Positions 15,648 through 23,305 of a stretch of DNA of 24,000 bases are shown piece after piece. Below the pieces are notes generated by a model. It had not been told where the DNA came from. It made no database searches and was given only the letters and a program-made list of their open reading frames with translations. The stretch comes from Pseudonocardiaceae bacterium (GTDB lineage Bacteria > Actinomycetota > Actinomycetes > Mycobacteriales > Pseudonocardiaceae). The stretch covers positions 1 to 24,000 of the forward strand of contig JBOHFK010000068.1 of NCBI GenBank assembly GCA_050699635.1. Direction: 5' to 3'. A program made the translations under genes and the position numbers. Numbering within the stretch: position 1 is the first letter of the stretch; the number at the start of each line of letters is the position of its first letter.

Positions 15648-16790
15648 ATGAGCGGTCGGGCAGCGAACACAACAACACGGGTGCTGGTCATCTCAGGCAG
15701 CGTCGGCGCGGGCCACGACGGCGCCGCCGACGAGCTGATCAGCCGTCTTGCCAAGCTGGGCGTGGCGGCAGACCGCCGGGACTACCTGGACGCGCTGCCG
15801 CGGATATGCCGCTACATCCTGCGGGATGGTTACCGGTTGAGCATCGGATACTGGCCGGCGTTTTTCGACTGGCTGTTCGCCAACCTGGAGCGCACCGGCT
15901 GGGTGCGGCGGGTCACCCTGTGGCTGTGCAAGGTGGCGCAGCCTGACGTGCTGCGCTGGGTTGGCGATCATGACGTTGTGGTGTCCACCTATATGTTGTC
16001 CAGCCAGACGCTGGGACAGCTCAAGGAAGCCGGGCAGCTGAACGCGACCCTGGTGACCTTTCTGACTGATCCGGCGGTGCATCGGACGTGGGTGCACCCG
16101 GCCGTGGACCACCATGTCACCGTGACCGAGGCCACTGCCCGGCAGGGACAGGAGATCTACCACACGCCGATGCAGGCCGTCGGCGGGCTGGTGTCGTCCC
16201 GGTTCGCCGAGCGGGTGGACAGTGCCCGTCGCGATCAGTTGCGTGCCGAGCTGGGGCTGTCCCCGGATGCCCTGGTGATCCTGCTGGCGACCGGCTCGTT
16301 GGGGATGGGCGACGTGCCCAACGTGGTGCGCTCGTTGAGCTCCGCGGGGATCGGCGAGGTGGTAGTGCTCTGCGGGCGCAACGATCGACTCCGCAAGCAG
16401 ATCTCCGGGCCCGGGGTGCACGCGCTGGGCTGGCGCGACGATGTTCCTGAGCTCATGGCCGCGGCCGATGTGCTGGTCCACAATGCGGGCGGGCTCTCGC
16501 TGACCGAGGCGCTGACCGCCGGTTTGCCCGCCGTGACCTACCGCCCCATTCCCGGCCACGGCATCGCCAACTCCCAGGTCCTGCTCGACGCCGGCCTCGC
16601 GCCGTGGCCGAGCACCGACGCCGAATTGGTCGAAGCGATCCGGAAGCAGGCCGTCCACCGGGGTGACCCCAGCCACGTGGTGCGTGACCCCGACACCGCG
16701 TCGCTCGTGCTGAGCCTGCTCGCCGAACGCGGCGGGGCCAAACTCGGCGGGGCCGTCGCTGTACCAGACCAGGATGCCCAGCCGGCCTGA
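15648..16790 (+). CDS. GT28-type glycosyltransferase (MGDG-synthase-like N-domain + Glyco_tran_28 C-domain)
   Basis: The N-terminus has RVLVISGSVGAGHDGAADEL. The C-terminus reads GWRDDVPELMAAADVLVHNAGGLSLTEALTAGLPAVTYRPIPGHGIANSQVL. Confidence 0.8.
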   Translation: MSGRAANTTTRVLVISGSVGAGHDGAADELISRLAKLGVAADRRDYLDALPRICRYILRDGYRLSIGYWPAFFDWLFANLERTGWVRRVTLWLCKVAQPDVLRWVGDHDVVVSTYMLSSQTLGQLKEAGQLNATLVTFLTDPAVHRTWVHPAVDHHVTVTEATARQGQEIYHTPMQAVGGLVSSRFAERVDSARRDQLRAELGLSPDALVILLATGSLGMGDVPNVVRSLSSAGIGEVVVLCGRNDRLRKQISGPGVHALGWRDDVPELMAAADVLVHNAGGLSLTEALTAGLPAVTYRPIPGHGIANSQVLLDAGLAPWPSTDAELVEAIRKQAVHRGDPSHVVRDPDTASLVLSLLAERGGAKLGGAVAVPDQDAQPA

Positions 16791-16791
16791 C

Positions 16792-17559
16792 CTAGCCGAA
16801 GTGATCCCGCAGCGGACCGACCGTGCAGCCCAGCTCCTCGGCCAGCTCGGCGAGCAGGGGTAGTGCCCGCACCGTGGCGCGCCAGCTGCCAGCGACCCGG
16901 GCCGTGCAATCCGAGTCGTGCAGCAGCACCGTCCCACCCGGCCTCAGCTGGCGCCGGACCGTGCCGGTCACCTGGGCAGGGCTGCGTGGTTCCCAATCCC
17001 GGCCCCAGGCCGTCCACAGCACCGGCCGCAGCCGGGCGCGGCGGGCCGCGATCAGCGACCCCAGCGTCAGCACGCCGTAGGGCGGCCGGAACCAGATCGG
17101 CCGCACTCCGGTCACCGCGGCGACCGCCTCGGCAGCTCGCGCGACGTCGCGCTGTACGTCGACCGGCCCTCGGGCCAGGTGGTTGCGGTGGCTGAAGCCA
17201 TGGACCGCAGCCTCATGCCCGGCGGCCACCGCCGCCGCAGCCACCTCGGGGTACCGCTGCACCTGCGCGCCGAGCATAAAGAACGTCGCGGTCCAGCCCA
17301 GCCGATCCAGCGCCTCGCACACCGCCGGCGTGCCTTCTGGATCTGGACCGTCGTCGAAGGTCAACGCCACGTGGCCGGCGCGGCCGATGCCGGCCAGCCC
17401 GGGCCACCCAGCGGCGCACAACACCCGTCCCCGGAGCAGCGCGGGACCAGTCCAGCCCGCCACTGCAGCCATGGTCGCCGCCACGCCCAGAGCTGTCCCC
17501 CGTCTACTCATCGCGCTGGGATTTATCGCGCTGGGAGCGACTCCTGATCTGACCATCAC
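16792..17559 (-). CDS. polysaccharide deacetylase (NodB homology domain)
   Basis: VALTFDDGPDPEGTPAV...ATFFMLG...HEAAVHGFSHRNH are NodB motifs 1 and 2. The N-terminus is hydrophobic. The true start may be an internal Met (MSRRGTALGVAATMAAVAG). Confidence 0.85.
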   Translation of the reverse strand: MMVRSGVAPSAINPSAMSRRGTALGVAATMAAVAGWTGPALLRGRVLCAAGWPGLAGIGRAGHVALTFDDGPDPEGTPAVCEALDRLGWTATFFMLGAQVQRYPEVAAAAVAAGHEAAVHGFSHRNHLARGPVDVQRDVARAAEAVAAVTGVRPIWFRPPYGVLTLGSLIAARRARLRPVLWTAWGRDWEPRSPAQVTGTVRRQLRPGGTVLLHDSDCTARVAGSWRATVRALPLLAELAEELGCTVGPLRDHFG

Positions 17560-17758
17560 GGAACGCTACCGGAGCTGCTCATCGGAGCCGCACGGGCACT
17601 TCTTCCGGGACGAGAGTCTAGGAGGGGCGGCCGCATTCCGGTCGCCCCTCCCGGCCAATGGCACCATATGCGATCATTTATCATCGCGGGGGGTACTGCC
17701 CGACTCAGCTGATGTCAGGCTGCCCAGCACCATCCCGGATGGTGCCGTCAGCCACGCT

Positions 17759-17784
17759 GGTGCCGTTTCCTAGCTAACGGCACC
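17759..17784 (-). terminator. 9-bp perfect stem hairpin 23 nt downstream of the Gly-rich gene stop
   Basis: GGTGCCGTT (17759-17767) pairs with AACGGCACC (17776-17784) across an 8-nt loop. A second 12-bp stem (one G-T pair) lies at 17621-17651. There is no clear U-tract, which is common in high-GC actinobacteria. Confidence 0.45.
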
Positions 17785-17806
17785 GCACGCAATCACCGGC
17801 GCCGGC

Positions 17807-18118
17807 TCAGCTGACGATGGATCCGCCGTTGCCGCCGTTAGCGCTACCGCCGGCACCTCCGGTGCCGTTACCAGCGCTGTTGGTCTGATCCCCGAACAGA
17901 TTGACGTTCAGCAGATTGACGCCCAGGCCACCCCGGCCGGTGCCGCCTGCACCACCGACGCCGCCGTTGCCGCCGTCGCCCGCGTTACCGCCTCCACCAC
18001 CGCTGCCATGGCCACCCGGGTCGCAGCCACACGCGCTGACCAGGGACAGGACGGTACGGGCGGGAAGCAGCTCCATGTGCTGTCCGGCAATCTCGGCAAA
18101 ACTCAGTGTGTCAGTCAT
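17807..18118 (-). CDS. small Gly/Asn-rich protein with leader-like N-terminus (unknown function)
   Basis: ATG at 18118 is preceded by a perfect AAGGAGG and followed by a hairpin after the stop. The product is MTDTLSFAEIAGQHMELLPARTVLSLVSAC followed by a roughly 73-aa region that is about 45% Gly. Confidence 0.65.
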   Translation of the reverse strand: MTDTLSFAEIAGQHMELLPARTVLSLVSACGCDPGGHGSGGGGGNAGDGGNGGVGGAGGTGRGGLGVNLLNVNLFGDQTNSAGNGTGGAGGSANGGNGGSIVS

Positions 18119-18123
18119 GAGAT

Positions 18124-18130
18124 CCTCCTT
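18124..18130 (-). promoter_or_regulatory. Shine-Dalgarno AAGGAGG of the Gly-rich gene
   Basis: Plus-strand cctcctt at 18124-18130 is AAGGAGG on the minus strand, with a 5-nt spacer to the ATG at 18118. Confidence 0.6.
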
Positions 18131-18527
18131 AGGGGGCCCAGTGGACCGGAACAATAACCTCATCGACGGCAGGGCCGATTCGGCATATGCTCACCATGAC
18201 CAACAGGAGGCCACATGACAACATGCATTCGCCCCTAAACTTGGCACATCAGTACCTAGCCGATTCCCGCCACCTAGCCAGCGGCGGACAGGCACGGGGT
18301 TTTGGTGAAACAATTACCAAAATCGCGAAATCGAGTACTGAGATTAATCGCGCCGGGAGTTGATTCGGCCACATTGCCGGGCCAATTTTCCACCCCCGGC
18401 TCCGGCGTGCGCGATGCTCACCGTCGCCATTGGAGCTGGGCCTAACGGATGGTCGCTGGTGAGTTCAGCCGAAGGGACGCAGGCCTGTGGTGCCCTCACT
18501 GGCGTAGATCGCCATGGCGCATCCTTC

Positions 18528-18760
18528 TCAGCGGTCAAAGGAGCCCTCGGGGTAGATAGCTTCCTGCTGGCCCTTCGTACTGTGCATGGTCCAGAGCAGG
18601 TCGGCAAGATGGGCAGGGTCGGCGGTAGGCCACTGCGGGGTAGCGGCACCGGCAGCCTTGGCCGCCTCCATCTCGGCGTGGAAGGCGCTGTTCTCGATGA
18701 CCGCACCGATGTAGAGCGCGCCGACGTAGACGCCCTTGCCGGCCACCTCGGCGCGGCAGG
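18528..18760 (-). pseudogene. possible 3' remnant of an SDR-type oxidoreductase gene
   Basis: The tail of track ORF 18528..18917 reads ...AEVAGKGVYVGALYIGAVIENSAFHAEMEAAKAAG...PAHLADLLWTMHSTKGQQEAIYPEG. This resembles the last 75 aa or so of some actinobacterial SDRs. The upstream part of the ORF is antisense to the TetR gene and looks like noise. Confidence 0.3.
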
Positions 18761-19341
18761 GATTGGAGGTAGTTACGCTGGGCGGCCAGGGCGGGGCCGG
18801 GGCCGCGCGCAACGTGACGCAGATCCGGGCCGCAGCCCTGTCCGCGTTCCGAGGACGTGGGCTCAGCACTCCACTGGAGGAGATCGCCGCTGCCGCCGGG
18901 GTCAGCAAGGCCACCATCTACAACCGCTTCGGCGGACGGCAGGGCCTCATCGACGCTGTCATCGAGGAACTCGTCGCCACCGAGATGTACGCGATCATGG
19001 ACAAGGCTCGATGCGTGGCAGACCCGTGGGAACGCATCGCCACCTATGTCACCGACCGGCGCGACCTGCAGTATCGCGAACCTGCCGCCATCGACGCGCT
19101 CCTCATGACCTACCCGGACTCCCAGCCACTCGTCGCGCTCGCGAAGGCAGCCACCGACATGACCATCAGCCTCGTCCAGCAAGGCCACGACGCCGGAGTG
19201 CTCCGCCAGGACTTCACCGCCGGCGACCTCTACTACGCCGACGTCGCCAACGGGCTCGCCCTCCGCGACGCACCCAAGCCCTCCCGCGAGGACTATGACC
19301 GACGCACCCGCTTCTTTCTCGACAGCCTCCGCCCGCGCTGA
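18736..19341 (+). CDS. TetR/AcrR-family transcriptional regulator
   Basis: The HTH is IRAAALSAFRGRGLSTPLEEIAAAAGVSKATIYNRFGGRQGLIDAV. The 18736 start is TTG; an in-frame GTG at 18814 (VTQIRAAAL...) is an equally plausible start. Confidence 0.85.
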   Translation: MPATSARQGLEVVTLGGQGGAGAARNVTQIRAAALSAFRGRGLSTPLEEIAAAAGVSKATIYNRFGGRQGLIDAVIEELVATEMYAIMDKARCVADPWERIATYVTDRRDLQYREPAAIDALLMTYPDSQPLVALAKAATDMTISLVQQGHDAGVLRQDFTAGDLYYADVANGLALRDAPKPSREDYDRRTRFFLDSLRPR

Positions 19342-19460
19342 GAGCGCCGCAGGGTCCGCTGCCCGACAGCTGCGGAAGTCTCGCGCCGACATCGAACGGG
19401 GACCTGGCCGACTCCGAGGCAGCCTGGCAGGCCGCCCTGGCATCCGGAGGCGGCACAACG

Positions 19461-19829
19461 ATGGCCCTTGGGCCATCGTTACTGGTTGAGCGAACAGGCC
19501 CGGCGGTCCGCGCGGCATTTATTGCGTACTCATCTGCCGAGGAATGCGTGCAGTTCGAGGCAGAGCTGCGATCCGCCTTGGCGCGGGCCGCGGAAGATCT
19601 CGATCTCGCAGGGCCGCAAGAGGTGTTGGCGCACTGGCACGCGCTTGCCACGGCGGACGCCAACCCCTTCACCGACGAGGAACGCGAGCAGATCGAGCGC
19701 ATGAGCGCGGGCGACTACACTGGGTTGCGTACCCGGGATGAGCACGGAAACTGGGTCGAGTACTCCGTAAGGGAAGAGCCCATACCGACAGTGGGCATCC
19801 GCCGGTTGTCCTCGCTGGGAGATCTTTGA
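19461..19829 (+). CDS. hypothetical protein (weak resemblance to small DUF6247-type helical proteins)
   Basis: 122 aa. GGAGG lies 10 nt upstream of the ATG. The acidic helical core is ...EECVQFEAELRSALARAAEDLDLAGPQEVLAHWHALA... Family assignment is a low-confidence recollection. Confidence 0.5.
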   Translation: MALGPSLLVERTGPAVRAAFIAYSSAEECVQFEAELRSALARAAEDLDLAGPQEVLAHWHALATADANPFTDEEREQIERMSAGDYTGLRTRDEHGNWVEYSVREEPIPTVGIRRLSSLGDL

Positions 19830-19966
19830 CCTAGCGGTGCAGGGCTGCCCGTGACGGGAACGCTTTCCACAGTGCTTGGTGGTACTTGGTTACGCCAGAC
19901 GATGAACTGCAAACGGCTCAGCCCTGACCCTGCGATGACCTCTGAGCGCCGCTAGTCACCGGCAGA

Positions 19967-21631
19967 ATGTGGACCATGCCTCGCAGCAGATGGTTGCACG
20001 CGAAAACCCTCGTACACGCGCGAAACGGCGTGGTAACCGCCCGGCATCCGCTCGCCGCCGAGGCGGGGATCAGCGTGCTCCGCCGGGGTGGCAACGCGTT
20101 GGACGCCGCTGCCGCGACCATCCTCGCCACCGGGGTCGTACAGCCGTTCGCCACCACTATCGGCGGTGGCGGTGTGCTCACCGCAGTGCAGTCAGATGGA
20201 CGGGCCTACACCCTCGACTATCGCAGCGAGGCGCCCGGCGCCGCGACTCCCGAGATGTACGGCGCCAGCAGCGCCGTTCCCGGACTGCTGGGCTGGACGG
20301 GTGTACCCGGCAGAGCAAACGAGATCGGCCACCGCGCCGTCGCTGTGCCCGGCACGCTGCCCGGCCTGATCACCGCCCACCAGACGCTCGGCCAACTGTC
20401 GTGGGCAGAGGTGTTGGCGCCCTCGATTGCGCTCGCCGAGGGCGGGTTTGAGACTGATTGGTTCGGTGCGCTGATGCAGGGCTCGTATCTGGAGCTCCTG
20501 CTCGGTTCCCCAGCCACCGCACGGATATTCCTGCGTGACGGACGCTACCCACACCGGCCGCCGACGAGCGGCCCCGGAGATCTATTTCGCCAGCCACGGC
20601 TCGCGGTCACCTTGCGCGAACTCGCCGACGGCGGGCACGCGGCCTACCTGCACGGCACGGCCGGGCAGGCCCTCGTTGGCGAGATGTCGCGGCACGGCGG
20701 CCTGATCACCGCAGCAGATCTGACCAGCTACCAGCCACGGCCCACCACGCCGCCGGCCTTCGCATACGGTGGCCACACAGTTCTCGGACCTGCTCACGGT
20801 GGCGTGTACGGGTTGCTGTTCGCGGTCCTCAACCAGCTCAACCTGATAGAACATGATCTACTCGCGCCCACCCGGTTGCACCTGGTCGCGGAGGCAGTTC
20901 GCAGGTGCCGCCAGATCGAGGCACACCGCGCCGGTGACCGGCGACCCACACTGTGGGCCGATCACCCCGATCTGACCAGCGAGATCGTCGCGAGTATCAA
21001 CCCGCAGCGGCGTGATGACAGCTGGCGAGACGCATGGTGGGCACAGGGTCGCACTGCCTCCGAAGTCGGCCAGGAACAGACGGCCCACGTGTGTGCGGTG
21101 GATTCCGACGGCATGATGGTCAGCCTCACGGAGACGATCCTCGACGCGTATGGCTCGGGGGTCACCACGCCGGCGGGGATCCTCATGAACAACGCGATGT
21201 TCGCGTTCGTGCCGCTGCCCGGATATCCGAACTCGGTAGCACCCGGCCACCGGCCACAATCCAGCATGAGCCCCTTGGTCGTGGTCGACTGTGCTGGCCG
21301 TGCGATGCTGGCTGCTGGTGCGTCGGGCGGCCAGCGGATCTCCGCCGCCGTGGTGCAGGTCGTCACTTATGTCCTCGACCACGGTCTTTCCGCTCAGGAT
21401 GCGGTCGCGACGCCCAGGCTGGACGCGGTAGGCGACACCGTGTTACTTGACGACCGGTTCCCCGAGGCCACCGCCGCTGAACTGGAACACCGGGGTCACC
21501 GAGTGGAGCGGGTCGAAGAGGACCTGTCCACTCTGTACTTTGCCAACCCCTCTGCCGTGATCATCGCCGAGGACGGGACCATGCATGCCGGTGTCAACCC
21601 GCTGCATCTCACCGCGGCCGCTGGCTGGTAG
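19967..21631 (+). CDS. ggt: gamma-glutamyltransferase family protein (Ntn hydrolase)
   Basis: The N-terminal region reads RNGVVTARHPLAAEAGISVLRRGGNALDAAAATILATGVVQPFATTIGGGGVL. The autoprocessing/nucleophile region reads EQTAHVCAVDSDGMMVSLTETI. The C-terminus has GASGGQRI. Confidence 0.9.
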   Translation: MWTMPRSRWLHAKTLVHARNGVVTARHPLAAEAGISVLRRGGNALDAAAATILATGVVQPFATTIGGGGVLTAVQSDGRAYTLDYRSEAPGAATPEMYGASSAVPGLLGWTGVPGRANEIGHRAVAVPGTLPGLITAHQTLGQLSWAEVLAPSIALAEGGFETDWFGALMQGSYLELLLGSPATARIFLRDGRYPHRPPTSGPGDLFRQPRLAVTLRELADGGHAAYLHGTAGQALVGEMSRHGGLITAADLTSYQPRPTTPPAFAYGGHTVLGPAHGGVYGLLFAVLNQLNLIEHDLLAPTRLHLVAEAVRRCRQIEAHRAGDRRPTLWADHPDLTSEIVASINPQRRDDSWRDAWWAQGRTASEVGQEQTAHVCAVDSDGMMVSLTETILDAYGSGVTTPAGILMNNAMFAFVPLPGYPNSVAPGHRPQSSMSPLVVVDCAGRAMLAAGASGGQRISAAVVQVVTYVLDHGLSAQDAVATPRLDAVGDTVLLDDRFPEATAAELEHRGHRVERVEEDLSTLYFANPSAVIIAEDGTMHAGVNPLHLTAAAGW

Positions 21632-21651
21632 ACGACCCGTGCCGCGCGCCC

Positions 21652-22578
21652 TCAGCACTGATCACGGATGACGTGCACCACTCCGCGAATGACTACATCC
21701 TGCATGGCCGTCAACGCCTCGACAGTGATACCGGCGATGTGCGGGCTCCACAGCCCTTGATCACCAACAGTGTCCACCGTACCGTCGTCAGCCAGCCCAA
21801 AGTCGTCAATGGCGAACCACAGATCAGGCCGCTCGGCCACAACCGTCCGCAACCCTCCCAGATCAACAATTTCCTTGCGGGCCACGTTGACCAGGAGCGC
21901 ACCGAGCGGCAACAGGCGCAAGAGCTCTGCGCCCACCAGCCCCCGGGTTTGCGGGGTGAGCGGCAGGTGGACGCTGACGACGCCGCACCCACCGAAGATC
22001 TCTTCAAGCGTGGCCGTGCGAAGGTCCGGATGCCGGTCCGGGCGGCGCGTCCAGACCAGTTCCTCCATGCCGAGCGCCCGCAGCAGCGGGATCAGCGCCC
22101 GTGCCGTTGAACCAGCGCCGAGCACCCCGACCCGGCGCCCGCGTACCTCTACCGGAGGTTCGAGCATTCCAGCGCGATCCTGACCGGCCGCGACTGCGAT
22201 GTGCGCAGGTAGCACACGCTTGGCGAGGGCGAGGATCATCATCAGTGCGTGCTCGGCGACCGACACCGCATTGACACCGGGCGTTGTGATGACCTGGACG
22301 TCGCGATCGGCGAGTGCCTCCAGGTCGAGGTGATCCGTACCTGCGGCGATCGAGCCGAGCACCCTGAGCTGCGGCACGGCGTCCAGCACACCGGCGTCGA
22401 TACGTTCCCTGACCCCGACGATGGCTGCCTGCACGGTGTCGCCAAGCGCGGTCAGCTCAGTGACGGCATGCTGGCGGGCTGTCGCGACAACGACTGTAGA
22501 GAAGGTCCGTTCGAGTGCGACACGAGCCGCGGGGTCGTCCATCACATCAGCGAGCGCAACGAACACGGTCCGGTTCAC
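21652..22578 (-). CDS. D-isomer-specific 2-hydroxyacid dehydrogenase family protein
   Basis: From the GTG at 22578 the product reads VNRTVFVALAD... It has the NAD motif GRRVGVLGAGSTARAL, plus HLPLTPQTRGLV and SPHIAG. The track ORF continues in frame to 23103, but that upstream part looks non-coding. Confidence 0.85.
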   Translation of the reverse strand: MNRTVFVALADVMDDPAARVALERTFSTVVVATARQHAVTELTALGDTVQAAIVGVRERIDAGVLDAVPQLRVLGSIAAGTDHLDLEALADRDVQVITTPGVNAVSVAEHALMMILALAKRVLPAHIAVAAGQDRAGMLEPPVEVRGRRVGVLGAGSTARALIPLLRALGMEELVWTRRPDRHPDLRTATLEEIFGGCGVVSVHLPLTPQTRGLVGAELLRLLPLGALLVNVARKEIVDLGGLRTVVAERPDLWFAIDDFGLADDGTVDTVGDQGLWSPHIAGITVEALTAMQDVVIRGVVHVIRDQC

Positions 22579-22654
22579 GCACCAGATTATTCCGGATGCT
22601 TGATAGCCACCGCTGCCCCGGCGACGGGTTGCGGCACCTCCTGGGATGACTCGT

Positions 22655-23251
22655 CTATTGGTTGAAAGCACGAATAACACCGCGCGAAAGACTAAAGGCG
22701 GTAAAATCCTCGATTGCATCACTGATGCGCCTTGCTTCCGCGGCGTTTCGATAACGAGTTGCGCGCAATACGCGTGCCAGGTTGGTGAGCCGGCGGGCCA
22801 CGGCTTCGGTGCGTCGTTCCGGCTCCAGCGCGAACACCACCTCCAGCGAGTCCTCTGCTCCAGCAAGGTCGCCTCGCAGAGTGCGCGCGGCACCGAGATC
22901 CACTCGCGCGCCAAGCTCGCCAGCCGCCCACCGAACGCATTCAGGCATCTCGGCGAACAGTGCGAGGGCGGCGAGGGCCTCTCTTTCGGCTTGTTCACCA
23001 TCGCCGAGAACGACAAATGACGTCCCGGCACACAGCGCGCGGCGAGCATGGCAAAATCCGAGTTCACCGCTGATCTCGTCCAGGAATGCATCCTCACCCG
23101 CACGCTGTAGCTCGTCGTCGGCTGCGTTGAGCGCCGCGCGAACCTCCTGCCGCGCTCCGATCAACGCCAGTGAGCGGGCGTGTACGGAGTGCAGCCGGGC
23201 GCGGGCCGTGCCGGCGGGCGCATCCTCCAGCGCGGTAGCGCCTCTAGCCGA
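22655..23251 (-). pseudogene. C-terminal helical-repeat part of a transcriptional regulator, 5'-truncated (no DNA-binding domain left)
   Basis: The frame is open from 23251, with an in-frame stop at 23252-23254. The product reads ...ALEDAPAGTARARLHSVHARSLALIGARQEVRAALNAADDELQRAG...RVDLGAARTLRGDLAGAEDSLEVVFALEPERR...ISDAIEDF. This resembles the C-terminal domain of XRE-type HTH regulators as I recall them. Only about 50 nt separate it from the next gene. Confidence 0.45.
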
Positions 23252-23305
23252 TCACGGTCACGCACCCGCGTGAGGCCGTCGACGATCTCTTCTATCCTCA
23301 ACGGC

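Noticed and set aside
15693-16937. 414-aa minus-strand ORF
   Set aside because: It is the antisense shadow of the GT28 glycosyltransferase gene and has no recognisable motifs.
18360-19518. 312-aa plus-strand and 327-aa minus-strand ORFs spanning the TetR region
   Set aside because: They are shadow frames of the TetR gene and its flanks, with no motifs and extreme Arg/Pro/Gly content.
21652-23103. 483-aa ORF in the track as a single gene
   Set aside because: Only the C-terminal 308 aa or so (from the GTG at 22578) look like a 2-hydroxyacid dehydrogenase. The N-terminal 175 aa are Arg/Trp/Cys/Ser-rich noise, and they overlap a different frame (22655..23251) that has coherent helical regulator-like sequence.
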